In this document: positions 26,290-41,429 of the stretch, piece after piece
Layout of the letters: every line of letters starts with the position of its first letter
How positions within the stretch are numbered: position 1 is the stretch's first letter
Source of the DNA: the human T2T-CHM13v2.0 reference genome, Homo sapiens
Reading direction: 5' to 3' (one strand)
Assembly: GCF_009914755.1 (NCBI RefSeq)
Contig: NC_060933.1
DNA: 64,000 nucleotides
Position numbers and translations under genes: made by a program
The notes under the pieces: generated by a model
Seen by the model: the letters and a program-made list of their open reading frames with translations, nothing else
The model's database searches: none
Told to the model about the DNA's origin: nothing

Positions 26290-28880
26290 AATGTAATGGA
26301 ATGGAATGGAATTAACCCGAATAGAATGGAATGGAACGGAAAGGAAGGGAATGGAATGGAATGTAATCAACTCGAGTGCAGGGGAAAGCAATGCAATGGA
26401 ATGAAATGGAATGGAGTCATACGGAATGGAAGGGAATGGAATGGAATCAACCAGAGTGCAATGGAATGGAGTGGAATGGAATGGAATAGAATGGAAACAA
26501 CACGAATGGAATAGAATGTATTGGAGTGTAAGGGAATTGAATAGAATCAATCCGAATGTAATTGAATAGAACGGAAAGGAATGGAATGGAATGGAATGGA
26601 ATGGAATGGAATGAAACGGAATGGCATGGAATGGAATGGAATCAACCCGAGTTCAATGGAATTGAATGGAATGGAATGGAATGGAATGGAATGGAATGGA
26701 ATGGAATCAACTCGATTGCAATGGAATGGAATGGAATGGAATGGAATGGAATTGAATGGAATGGAATGGAATTAACCCTACTAGAATGGAATGGAATGGA
26801 ATGGAATGGAATAGAATGGAATGGAAGGGAATGGAATGGAATGGAATGGAATGGAATTAACCCGAATAGAATGGAATGGAATGGAATGGAATGGAATGGA
26901 ATGGAATGGAATGGAATCAACTCGATTTCAATGGAATGGAATGGAATGGAATGGAATGCAATGGAAGGGAATGGAATGGAATGGAATGAAATTAACCCGA
27001 ATAGAATAGAATGGAATGGAGTGGAATGGAATGGAATGGAATGGAATAGAATGGAATCCACCCGAGTGCAGGGGAATGGAATGGAATGGAATGCAATGGA
27101 ATGGAATCATACGGAATGGAATGGAATTGAATGGAATGCAATGGAATGGAATGGAATCAACCCGATTGCAATGGAATGGAGTGGAATGGAATGGAATGGA
27201 ATGGAAACAACCCGAATGGAATGGAATGTAATGGAGAGTAAGGGAATTGAATAGAATCAATACGAATGTAATGGAATGGAATGGAACGGAATGGAATGCA
27301 ATGGAATGGAATGGAATGCAATGGAATGGGATCAACCCGAGTGAAATGGAATGGAATCGAAAGGAATGGAATGGAATGGAATGGTTTCAACCCGAATGAA
27401 ATGGAAAGGAATGGAATCAACCCGAGTGGAATGGAATGGAATGGAATGGAATGGAATGGAATGGAATGGGTTCAACTCGAATGGAATGGAAAGGAATGGA
27501 ATCAACCCGAGTGGAATGGCATGGAATGGAATGGAATGGAATGGAATGGAAGGGAATGGAATGGAATGGAATTAACCTGAACAGAATGGAAGGGAATGGA
27601 ATGGAACGGAACGGAATGGAATGGAATGGAATGGAATGGAATGGAATGCAATGGAATCGGATCAACCCGAGTACAGGGGAATGGAATGCAATGGAATGCA
27701 ATGAAATGGAATCCTCCGGAATGGAATGGAATGGAATGGAATGGAATGCAATGGAATGGAATCAATCAACCCGAGTGCAATAGAATGCAGTGGAATGGAA
27801 TGGAATGGTATGGAAACTACCCGAATGGAATAGAATGTAATGGAGTGTAAGGGAATTAAAAAGAATCAATCCGAATGTAATGGAATTGAATGGAACGGAA
27901 TGGAATGGAATGGAATGGAATGGAATGGAATGGAATTAACCCGAATAGAATGAAAAGGAATGGAATGGAATGGAATGGAATGGAATGGAATGGAATGGAA
28001 TGGAACGGAATAGAATGGAATGGAACGAAATGGAATGGAATGAAATGGAATGGAATGGAATGGAATGGAATGGAATGGAATCAACCCGAGTGCAGGGGAA
28101 TGGAATGGAATTGAAGGCAATGGAATGGAATCATATGGAATTGAATGGAATGGAATGGAATCAACTCGATTGCAATGGAATGGAATGGAATGGAATGGAA
28201 TGGAATGGAATGGAATGGAATGGAATGGAATGGAATGGAATTAACCCGAATAGAATGGAATTGAATGGAATGGAATGGATTGGAAGTAAATGGAATGGAA
28301 TGTAATGAACCCGAGGGCAGGGGAATGGAATGGAATGGAATGCAATGGAATTGAGTCATCCGGAATGGAACAGAAAGGAATGGAATGGAATCAACCCGTG
28401 TGCAATGGAATGGAAAGGAATGGAATGGAATGGAATGGAATGGAATGGATTCATCCCGAATGGAATGGAAAGGAAGGGAATCAACCCAAGTGGAATGGCA
28501 TGGAATGGAATGGAATGGAATGGAATGGTACCGAATAGAATGGAATGGAACGAAATGGAATAGAATGGAATGGAATGGTATGGAAACAACCCGAATGGAA
28601 TGGAATGAAATGGACTGTAAGGGAATTGAATACAATCAATCCGAATGTAATGGAATGGAATGGAACGGAATGGAATGGAATGGAATGGAATGCAGTGGAA
28701 TGGAATCAAACCTAGTGCAATGGAATGGAATGGAATGGAATGGAATGGAATGGAATGGAATGGATTCAACCCAAATGGAATGGAAAGCAATGGAATCAAC
28801 GTGAGTGGAATGGCATGGAATGGAATGGAACGGAATGGAATGGAATGGAATGGAATGGAATGGTACGGAATAGAATGGAA
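26290..28880 (+). repeat. Direct copy of ~33060-35880 (offset ~6.76-6.96 kb)
   Basis: ORF twins 26550/33311, 27335/34290, 28290/35220, 28635/35590. Private variants ggagtcatacgg, aaacaacacgaatggaatag, gtatggaaactaccc, ccgagggcagggg (28311/35241). Confidence 0.88.
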
Positions 28881-31800
28881 TGGAACGAAATGGAATGGAA
28901 TGGAATGGAATGGAACGGAAAGGAATGGAATCAACTCGATTGCAATGGAATGCAATGGAATGAAATGGAATGCAATTAAAGCGAATAGAATGGAATGGAA
29001 TGGAACGAATGGAATGGAATGGAATGGAATGGAATCGAATGGAATCAACCTGAGTGCAGGGGAATGGAATGGAATGGAATGCAATGGAATGTAATGGAAT
29101 GGAATGCAATGGAAACAACTCGATTGCAATGGAATGGAATGGAATGGAATGGAAGGGAAAGGAATGGAATGGAATTAACCTGAACAGAATGGAATGGAAT
29201 GGAATGGAACGGAATGGAATGGAATGGATTCAACCCGAATGGAATGGAAAGGAATGGAATAAACCCGAGTGGAATGGCATGGAATGGAATGGAATGGAAT
29301 GGAATGGTACGGAATAGAATGGAATGGAACGAAATGGAATGGAATGGAATGGAATGGAATGGAATGCAATCAACCTGAGTGTAATGGAATGGAATGGAAT
29401 GGAATGGAACGGAATGGAAACAACCCGAATGGAATGGAATGTAATGGAGTGTAAGGAATTGAATACAATCAATCCGAATGTAATGGAATGGAATGGAACG
29501 GAATGGAATGGAATGGAATGCAGTGGAATGGAATCAAACCTAGTGCAATGGAATGGAATGGAATGGAATGGAATGCAATGGAATGGATTGGATTCAACCC
29601 AAATGGAATGGAAAGCAATAGAATCAACCCGAGTGGAATGGCATGGAATGGAATGGAATGGAATGGAATGGAATGGAATGGAATGGTACGGAATAGAATG
29701 GAATGGATCGAAATGGAATGGAATGGCATGGAACGGAACGGAATGGAATGGAATCAACTCGATTGCAATGGAATGTAATGTAATGGAATGGAATGGAATG
29801 GAATTAACGCGAATAGAATGGAATGGAATGGAATGGAAAGGAATGGGATGGAATGGAATCAATCTGAGTGCAGGGGAATGGAATGGAATGGAATGGAATG
29901 CAATGGAAAGGAATCATCCGGAATGGAATGGAATGGAATGGAATGGAATGGAATGGAATTAACCCGAATAGAATGGAATGGAATGGAATGGAATGGAATG
30001 GAATGGAATGGAATCAACTCGATTTCAATGGAATGGAATGGAATGGAATGGAATGGAATGGAATGGAATGGAATAGAATGGAATCCACCCGACTGCAGGG
30101 GAATGGAATGGATTAGAATGCAATGGAATGGAATCATACGGAATGGAATGGAATGGAATGGAATGGAATGGAATGGAATGGAAACAACCCGAATGGAATG
30201 GAATGTGATGGAGTGTAAGGGAATTGAATAGAATCAATCCGAATGTAATGGAATTGAATGGAACGGAATGGAATGGAATGGAATGTAATGGAATGGAATG
30301 GAATGCAATGGAATGGGATCAACCCGAGTGCAATGGAATGGAATCGAAAGGAATGGAATGGAATGGAAAGGCTTCACCCCGAATGGAATGGAAAGGAATG
30401 GAATCAACCCGAGTGGAATGGAATGGAATGGAATGGAATGGAATGGAATGGAATGCAATGGAATGGAACGGAATGGAATCAACCCGATTGCAATGAAATT
30501 GAATGGAATGGAATGGAATGGAATGGAATTAACCCGAATAGAATGGAATGGAATGGAATGGAATGGTATGGAATGGAATGGAACGGAATGGAATGGAATG
30601 GAATTGAATGGAATCAACCCGGGTGCAGGGGAATGCAATTGAATGGAAGGCAATGGAATGCAATCATCCGGAATGGAATGGAATGTAATGGAATGGAATG
30701 GAATGGAATGGTTTCAACCCGAATGGAATGGAATGGAATGGAATCAATCCGAGTGGAATGGCATGGAATGGAATGGAATGGAATGGAATGGAATGGAATG
30801 GAATGGAATGGTATGGAATAGAATGGAATGGAACGAAATGGAATGGAAGGGAATGGAATGGAATGGAATGGAATCAACCCGACTGCAATGGAATGGAGTG
30901 GAATGGAATGGAATGGAATGGAAACAACCCGAATGGAATGGAATGTAATGGAGTGTAAGGGAATTGAATACAATCAATACGAATGTAATGGAATGGAATG
31001 GAACGGAATGGAATGGAATGGAATGGAATGGAATGCAGTGGAATGGAATCAATCCTAGTGCAATGGAATGGAATGCAAAGGAATGGAATGGAATGGAATG
31101 GAATGGAATGGAATGGATTCAACCCAAATGGAATGGAAAGCAATGGAATCAACCCGAGTGGAATGGCATGGAACGGAATGGAATGGAATGGTATGGAATA
31201 GAATGGAATGGAAAGAAATGGAATGGAATGGAATGGAATGGAACGGAGTGGAATGGAAAGGAATGGAATGGAATGGAATGGAATAGAATGGAATGGAACG
31301 AAATGGAATGGAATGGAACAGAATGGAATGGAATCAATCAGAGTGGAATAGAAGGGAATGCATTCGAGTAGAATGGAAAGGAATGGAATCAACCAGAGTG
31401 GAATGGAAGGGAATGGAATGGAATGGAAACTAATAAAATGGAATCAACACGAGTGGAATGGAATGGAAAGGACTTGAATGGAATGGAATGGAATGGAATG
31501 GAATCAACTCGATTGCAATGGAATGTAATGGAATGGAATTGAATGGAATTAATGCGAATAGAATGGATTGGAATGGAATGGAACGGAATGGAATGGAATG
31601 GAATGGAATGGAATCAAACTGAGTGCAGGGGAATGGAATGGAATGGAATGGAATAGAATGGAATGGAATGGAAGGGAATGGAATGGAATGGAATTAACCT
31701 GAACAGAATGGAATGGAATGGAATGGAACGGAATGGAATGGAATGGAATGGAATGGAATGGAATCCACCCGAGTTCAGGGGAATGGAATGGAATGGAATG

Positions 31801-34800
31801 CAATGGAATGGAATCAATCAACCCGAGTACAATAGAATGCAGTGGAATGGAATGGAATGGAATGGAAAGTACCCGAATGGAATGGAATGTAATGGAGTGT
31901 AAGGGAATTAAAAAGAATCAATACGAATGTAATTGAATGGAATGGAACGGAATAGAATGGAATGGAATGGAATGGAATTGAATGAAATGGAATGGCATGG
32001 AATGGAATGGAATCAACCCGAGTGCAATGGAATGGAATCGAATGGAATGGAAGGGAATGGAATGGATTGAACCCGGATGGAATGGAAAGGAATGGAATAA
32101 ACCCGAGTGGAATGGCATGGAATGGAATGGAATGGAATGGAATGGTACGGAATAGAATGGAAAAAAACGAAATGGAATGGAATGGAATGGAATGGAATGA
32201 ACCTGTGTGCAATGGAATGGAATGGAATGGAATGGAATGGAATGGGTTCAACTCGAAAGGAATGGAAAGGAATGGAATCAACCCGAGTGGAATGGCATGG
32301 AATGGAATGGAATGGAATGGTATGGAATGGAATGGAATGGAATGGAATGGAATGGAATGGAATGGAATGAAATGGAATGGAATGGAATGGAATGGAATGA
32401 ACCCAAGTGTAATGTAAAGGAATCGAATGGAATGGAATGGAATGGAATGGATTCAACCCAAATGGAATGGAAAGGAATGGAATCAACCCGAGTGGAATGG
32501 CATGGAATGGACTGGAATGGAATGGAATTGAATGGAATGGTACGGAATAAAATGGAATGGAACGAAATGGAATGCAATGGAATGGAATGGAATGGAATGG
32601 AATGGAATGGAATGGAATGGAATGAACCCGTGTGCAATGGAATGGAATCGAATGGAATGGAATGGAATGCAAAGGATACAACTCGAATGGAATGGAAAGG
32701 AATGAAATCAACCCGAGTGGAATGGCATGGACTGGAATGGAATGGAATGGCATGGAATGGAATGGAATTGAAAGGTTCGGAATAGAATCGAATGGAACGA
32801 AATGGAATGGAATGGAATGGAATGGAATGGAATGGAAACAACCCGAGCGCATGGTAATGGAATGGAATGGAAGGCAATGGAATGGAATCATCCAGAATGG
32901 AATGGAATGGAATGGAATGGAATGGAATGGAATGGAATCAACTCGATTGCAATGGAATGGAATGGAATGGAATGGAATGGAATGGAATTAACCCGGATAG
33001 AATCGAATGGAATGGAATGGAATGGAATGGAATGGAATGGAAGGGAATGGAAAGTAATGGAATGGAATGGAATTAACCCGAATAGAATGGAATGGAACGG
33101 AAAGGAAGGGAATGGAATGGAATGTAATCAACTCCAGTGCAGGGGAATGCAATGGAATGGAATGAAATGGAATGGAGTCATACGGAATGGAAGGGAATGG
33201 AATGGAATCAACCAGAGTGTAATGGAATGGAGTGGAATGGAATGGAATAGAATGGAAACAACACGAATGGAATAGAATGTAATGGAGTGTAAGGGAATTG
33301 AATATAATCAATCCGAATGTAATGGAATGGAACGGAAAGGAATGGAATGGAATGGAATGGAATGGAATGGAATGAAATGGAATGGCATGGAATGGAATGG
33401 AATCAACCCGAGTTCAATGGAATTGAATGGAATGGAATGGAATGGAATGGAATGGAATCAACTCGATTGCAATGGAATGGAATGGAATGGGATGGAATGG
33501 AATGGAATGGAATGGAATGAAATTAACCCTAATAGAATGGAATGGAATGGAATGGAATGGAAAAGAATGGAATGGAAGGGAATGGAATGGAATGGAATGG
33601 AATGGAATTAACCCGAGTTCAATGGAATTGAATGGAATGGAATGGAATGGAATGGAATGGAATCAACTCGATTGCAATGGAATGGAATGGAATGGGATGG
33701 AATGGAATGGAATGGAATGGAATGGAATTAACCCTAATAGAATGGAATGGAATGGAATGGAATGGAATGGAATAGAATGGAATGGAAGGGAATGGAATGG
33801 AATGGAATGGAATGGAATTAACCCGAATAGAATGGAATGGAATGGAATGGAATGGAATGGAATGGAATGGAATGGAATGGAATCAACTCGATTTCAATGG
33901 AATGGAATGGAATGGAATGGAATGCAATGGAAGGGAATGGAATGGAATGGAATGAAATTAACCCGAATATAATGGAATGGAATGGAATGGAATGGAATGG
34001 AATAGAATGGAATCCACCCGAGTGCAAGGGAATGGAATGGAATGGAATGCAATGGAATGGAATCATACGGAATGGAATGGAATGGAATGGAATGCAATGG
34101 AATGGAATGGAATCACCCGATTGAAATGGAATGGAGTGGAATGGAATGGAATGGAATGGAAACAACCCGAAAGGAATGGAATGTAATGGAGAGTAAGGGA
34201 ATTGAATAGAATCAATACGAATGTAATGGAATGGAATGGAACGGAATGGAATGCAATGGAATGGAATGGAATGCAATGGAATGGGATCAACCCGAGTGAA
34301 ATGGAATGGAATCGAAAGGAATGGAATGGAATGGAATGGTTTCAACCCGAATGGAATGGAAAGGAATGGAATCAACCCGAGTGGAATGCAATGGAATGGA
34401 ATGGAATGGAATGGGTTCAACTCGATTGGAATGGAAAGGAATGGAATCAACCCGAGTGGAATGGCATGGAATGGAATGGAATGGAATGGAAGGGAATGGA
34501 ATGGAATGGAATTAACCTGAAGAGAATGGAAGGGAATGGAATGGAACGGAACGGAATGGAATGGAATGGAATGGAATGGAATGGAATGCAATGGAATGGG
34601 ATCAACCCGAGTACAGGGGAATGGAATGCAATGGAATGCAATGGAATGGAATCATCCCGAATGGAATGGAATGGAATGGAATGCAATGGAATGGAATCAA
34701 TCAACCCGAGTGCAATAGAATGCAGTGGAATGGAATGGAATGGTATGGAAACTACCCGAATGGAATAGAATGTAATGGAGTGTAAGGGAATTAAAAAGAA

Positions 34801-37379
34801 TCAATCCGAATGTAATGGAATTGAATGGAACGGAATGGAAAGGAATGGAATGGAATGGAATGGAATGGAATTAACCGGAATAGAATGGAAAGGAATGGAA
34901 TGGAATGGAATGGAATGGAATGGAATGGAACGGAAAAGAATGGAATGGAAGGAAATGGAATGGAATGAAATGGAATGGAATGGAATGGAATGGAATGGAA
35001 TGGAATGGAATCAACCCGAGTGCAGGGGAATGGAATGGAATTGAAGGCAATGGAATGGAATCATCCGGAATTGAATGGAATGGAATGGAATCAACTCCAT
35101 TGCAATGGAATGCAATGGAATGCAATGGAATGGAATGGAATGGAATGGAATGGAATGGAATGGAATGGAATTAACCCGAATACAATGGAATTGAATGGAA
35201 TGGAATGGAATGGAAGTAAATGGAATGGAATGTAATGAACCCGAGGGCAGGGGAATGGAATGGAATGGAATGCAATGGAATGGAGTCATCCGGAATGGAA
35301 CAGAAAGGAATGGAATGGAATCAACCCGTGTGCAATGGAAAGGAAAGGAATGGAATGGAATGGAAAGGAATGGAATGGAATGGAATGGAATGGAATGGAT
35401 TCAACCCGAATGGAATGGAAAGGAAGGGAATCAACCCAAGTGGAATGGCATGGAATGGAATGGAATGGAATGGAATGGAATGGTACCGAATAGAATGGAA
35501 TGGAACGAAATGGAATAGAATGGAATGGAATGGTATGGAAACAACCCGAATGGAATGGAATGAAATGGAGTGTAAGGGAATTGAATACAATCAATCCGAA
35601 TGTAATGGAATGGAATGGAACGGAATAGAATGGAATGGAATGGAATGCAGTGGAATGGAATCAAACCTAGTGCAATGGAATGGAATGGAATGGAATGGAA
35701 TGGAATGGAATGGAATGGAATGGATTCAACCCAAATGGAATGGAAAGCAATGGAATCAACCCGAGTGGAATGGCATGGAATGGAATGGAACGGAATGGAA
35801 TGGAATGGAATGGAATGGAATGGAATGGTACGGAATAGAATGGAATGGAACGAAATGGAATGGAATGGAATGGAATGGAACGGAAAGGAATGGAATGGAT
35901 TCAACTCGAATGGAATGGAAAGGAATGGAATCAACCCGAGTGGAATAGCATGGATTGGAATGGAAAGGAATGGAATGGAATGGTACGGAATAGAGTGGAA
36001 TGGAACGAAATGGAATGGAATGGAATGGAATGGAATGGAATGGAATGGAATGGAATGGAATCAACCCGAGTGCAGGGGAATGGAGTGGAATGGAAGGCAA
36101 TGGAATGGAATCATCCGGAATGGAATGGAATGGAATGGAATGGAATGGAATGGAATGGAATCAACCTGAGTGCAGGGGAATGGAATGCAATGGAATGCAA
36201 TGGAATGGAATGGAATGGAATGCAATGGAAACAACTCGATTGCAATGGAATGGAATGGAAAGGAATGGAATGGAATGGAATGGAATTAACCTGAACAGAA
36301 TGGAATGGAATGGAATGGAATGGAACGGAATGGAATGGAATGGAATGGAATGGAATCAACCCGAGTGCAGGGGAATGGAATGGAATGGAATGCAATGGAA
36401 TGGATTCATCCGGAATGGAATGGAATGGAATGGAATGCAATGGAATGGAATCAATCAACCCGAGTGCAATGCAATGGAGTGGAATGGAATGGAATGGAAC
36501 GGAAACTACCCGAATGGAATGGAATGTAATGGAGTGTAAGGGAATTGAAAAGAATCAATCCGAATGTAATGGAATGGAATGGAACGGAATGAAATGGAAT
36601 GGCATGGAATGGAATGGAATCAACCCGAGTTCAATGGAATGGAATTGAACGGAATGGAATGGAAAGGAATGGATTCAACCCGAATGGAATGGAAAGGAAT
36701 GGAATGGAATGGAAAGGAATGGTACGGAATAGAATAGAATGGAACGAAATGGAATGGAATGGAATGGAATGGAATGGAATGGACCCGTGTGCAATGGATT
36801 GGAATGGAATGGAATGGAATGGAATGGAATGGAATGGAATGGAATGGTTTCAACTCGAATGGAATGGAAAGGAATGGAATCAACCCGAGTGGAATGGCAT
36901 GGAATGGAATGGAATGGAATGGAATGGAAAGGAATGGAATAGAATGAAATGGAATGGAATGGAATGGAATGGAAACAACACGAGTGCAATGTAATGGAAT
37001 CGAGTGGAATGGAATTGAATGGATAGGAATGGATTCAATCCGAATGGAATGGAAAGGAATGGAATAAACCCGAGAGGAATAGCATGGAATGGAGTGGAAT
37101 GGAATGGAATGGAATGGAATGGTATGGAATAGAATGGAATGGAACTAAATGGAATGGAATGGAATGGAATGGAATGGAATAGAATGAACCCGTGTGCAAT
37201 GGAATGGAATCGAATGGAATGGAATGGAATGGAATGGATTCAACTCGAATGGAATAGAAAGGAATGGAATCAACCCGAGTGGAATAGCATGGATTGGAAT
37301 GGAAAGGAATGGAATGGAATGGTACGGAATAGAGTGGAATGGAACGAAATGGAATGGAATGGAATGGAATGCAATGGAA

Positions 37380-39520
37380 TGGAATGGAGAGTAAGAGAGT
37401 TGAATAGAAACAGTCCGAATGTATTGGAATGGAATGCAACGCGATGGAATGGAATGGAATGGAATGGAATGCAATGGAATGGAATCAACCCGAGTACAAT
37501 GGAATGGAATGGAATGGAATGGAATGGAATGGAATTGAATGGAATGGAATGCCTTCAAACCGAATGGAATGGAAAGGAATTGAATCAACAAGAGTGGAAT
37601 GGAATGGAATGGAATGGAAAGGAATGGAATGGAATGGAATGGTACGGAATAGAATGGAATGGAAGGAAATGGAATGGAATGGAATGGAATGGAATGGAAT
37701 GGAATGGAATGGAATGGAATGGAATCGTTCCAAGTGGAATAGGAGGGAATGTATTCGAGTGGAATGGAAAGGAATGGAATCAACCAGAGTGGAATGGAAG
37801 GGAATGGAATGGAATGGAAACTAATAGAATGGAATCAACCCGAGTGGAATGGAATGGAAAGGACTGGAATGGAATGGAATGGAATGGAATGGAATGGAAT
37901 CAACTCGATTGTAATAGAATGGAATGGAATGGAATGGAATGGAATGAAATGGCATGGAATGGAATTAACCCGAATACCATGGAATGGAATGGAATGGAAG
38001 GGAATGGAGTGGAATGGAATGGAATCAACCCGAGTGCAGGGAAATGGAATGGAATGGAATGCAATGGAATGGAATCATCCGGAATGGAATGGAATGGAAT
38101 GGAATGCAAAGCAATGGAATCAACTCGATTGCAATGGAATGGAATGGAATGGAAAGGAATAGAATGGAATCAACCCGAGTGGAATGGAATGGAAAGGACT
38201 GGAATGGAGTGGAATGGAATGGAATGGAATGGAATGGAATCAACTCGATTGGAATGGAATGGAATGGAATGGAATGGAATGGAATGGAATCAACTCGATT
38301 GCAATCGAATGGAATGGAATGGAATTAACCCGAATAGAATGGAATGGAATGGAATGGAACGGAACGGAATGGAATGGAATGGAATGGAATGAAATGGAAC
38401 GGAACGGAACGGAACGGAATGGAATGGAATGGAATGGAATGGAATGGAATCAACGCGAGTGCAGGGGAATGGAATGGAATGGAATGCAATGGAATGGAAT
38501 CTTCCGGAATGGAATGGAATGGAATGGAATGGAATGAAATGCAATGGATTCAACTCGATTGCAATGGAATGGAATGGAATTGAATGAAATGCAATGGATT
38601 CAACTCGATTGCAATCGAATGGAATAGATTGGAATGGAATGGAATGGAATGGAATGGAATGGAATGGAATGGAATGGAATTAACCCGAATAGAATGGAAT
38701 GGAATGGAATGGAACGGAATGGAACGAAATGGAATGGAATGGAATGGAATAGAATGGAATGGTATGGAATGGAATGGAATGGTACGGAATAGAATGGAAT
38801 GGAACGAATTGTAATGGAATGGAATTGAATGGAATGGAATGGAATGGAATGGAATGGAATCAACGCGAGTGCAGGGGAATGTAATGGAACGGAATGCAAT
38901 GGAATGGAATCATCCGGAATGGAATGGAATGGAATGGAAAGGAATGGAATCAACCCGAGTGCAATGGAATGGAGTGGAATTGAATGGAATGGAATGGAAC
39001 AACCCGAATGGAATGGAATGGAATGGAGAGTAAGGGAGTTGAATAGAATCAATCCGAATGTAATGGAATGGAATGCAACGGATTGGAATGGAATGGAATG
39101 GGATGGAATGCAATGGAATGGAATCAACCCGAGTACAATGGAATGGAATGGAATGGAATGGAATGGAATGGAATGGAATGGAATGCCTTTAAACCGAATG
39201 GAATGGAAAGGAATGGAATCAACACGAGTGGAATGGAATGGAATGGAATGGAATGGAATGGAGTGGAATGGAATGATACGGAATAGAATGTAATGGAACG
39301 AAATGGAATGGAATGGAATGGAATGGAATGGAATGGAATGGAATGGAATGGAATCGTTCCGAGTGGAATAGGAGGGAATGTATTCGAGTGGAATGGAAAG
39401 GAATGGAATCAACCAGAGTGGAATGGAAGGGAACGGAATGGAATGGAAACTAATAGAATGGAATCAACCCGAGTGGAATGGAATGGAAAGGACTGGAATG
39501 GAATGGAATGGAATGGAATG
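37380..39520 (+). repeat. Direct copy of ~58375-60540 (offset ~21.0 kb); inverted homolog of ~6100-8000
   Basis: ORF twins 38109/59093, 38243/59227, 39113/60127, 39412/60435. Private cagtccgaa, caacaagag, cagggaaatgg, gcaacggattgg. Confidence 0.85.
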
Positions 39521-41429
39521 GAATCAACTCGATTGTAATGGAATGGAATGGAATGGAATGGAATGGAATGGAATTAACCCGAATACAATGGAATGGAATG
39601 GAATGCAACGGAATGGAGTGGAATGGAATGGAATCAACCCGAGTGCAGGGGAATGCAATGGAATGGAATGCAATGGAATGGAGTCATCCGGAATGGAATG
39701 GAATGGAATGGAATGCAAAGGAATGGAATCAACTCGATTGCAATGGAATGGAATGGAATGGAAAGGAATACATTGGAATCAACCCGAGTGGAATGGAATG
39801 GAAAGGACTGGAATGGAGTGGAATGGAATGGAATGGAATGGAATGGAATCAACTCGATTGGAATGGAATGGAATGGAATGGAATGGAATGGAATGGAATG
39901 GAATGGAATTAACCCGAATAGAATGGAATGGAATTGAATGGAACGGAACGGAACGGAACGGAATGGAATGGAATGGAATGGAATGGAATGGAATCAACCA
40001 GACTGTAGGGGAATGGAATGGAATGGAATGCAATGGAATGGATTCAACTTGAATGGAATGGAAAGAATGGAATCAACACGAGTGGAATGGCATGGATTGG
40101 AAAGGAATGGAATGGAGTCAACCCGAGTACAGGGGAATGGAATGGAATGGAATGCAATGGAATGGAATCATCCGTAATGGAATGGAAAGGAATGGAATGG
40201 AATGGAATGGAATGGAATGGAATGGAATAGAATCAACTCGATTGCAATCGAATGGAATGGAATGGAATTAACCCAAATAGAATGGAAAGGAATGGAATGG
40301 AACGGAACGGAACGGAATGGAATGGAATAGAATGGAATGGAATGGAATCAACGCGAGTGCAGGGGAATGGAATGGAATGGAATACAATGGAATGGAATCT
40401 TCCGGAATGGAATGGAATGGAATGGAATGGAATGGAATCAACCCGAGTGCTGTGGAATGGAGTGGAATGGAATGGAATGGAATGGAACAACCCGAATGGA
40501 AAGGAATGTAATGGACAGTAAGGGAGTTGAATAGAATCAATCCGAATGTAATGGAATGGAATGGAACGGAATGGAATTGAATGGAATGGAATGGAATGCA
40601 ATGGAATGGAATCAACCCGAGAGCAATGGAATGGAGAGGAATGGAATGGAATGGAACGAAATGGAATGTAATGTAATGTAATGGAATGGAATGGAATGGA
40701 ATGGAATGGAATGGAACGGAATGGAATGGAATTGGTTCAACTCGAATGGAATGGAAAGGAATGGAATCAACACGAGTGGAATGGCATGGAATGGAATGGA
40801 ATTGAATGAAATGGAATGGAATGGAATCGAATGAAATCTAATGGAATGGAAAGGAATGGAATCAACACGAGTGGAATGGCATGGAATGGAATGGAATTGA
40901 ATGAAATGGAATGGAATGGAATGGAATGAAATGTAATGGAATGGAATGGAATGGAATCAACCCGAGTGCAATGTAATGGAATGGAATGGAATGGATTCAA
41001 CCCGAATGGAATTAAAAGGAATGGAATATACCCGAGTGGAATGGCATGGAATGGAGTGGAATGGAATGGAATGGAATGGTACGGAATAGAATGGAATGTA
41101 ACGAAATGGAATGGAAGGGAATGGAATGGAATGGAATGGAATGAACCCGTGTGCAATGGAATGGAATGGAATGGAATGGAATGGAATGGAATGGATTCAA
41201 CTCTAATGGAATGGAAGGGAATGGAATCAACGCGAGTGGAATGGCATGGAATGGAATGGAATGGAATGGAATGGAATGGAATGGAGTGGAATGGAATGGT
41301 ACGGAATAGAATGGAATGGAAAGAAATGGAATGGAATGAAATGGAATGGAATGGAATGGAATGGAATGGAATGGAATGAAATGGAATGGAATGGAATGGA
41401 ATGGAATGGAATGGAATGGAATGGAATGG

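Noticed and set aside
37740-37760. AGGAGG followed by ATG (ggagggaatgtattc) resembling a Shine-Dalgarno site and start codon
   Set aside because: Eukaryotic satellite context. The spacing is too short and the motif is a mutated pentamer module present in many copies.
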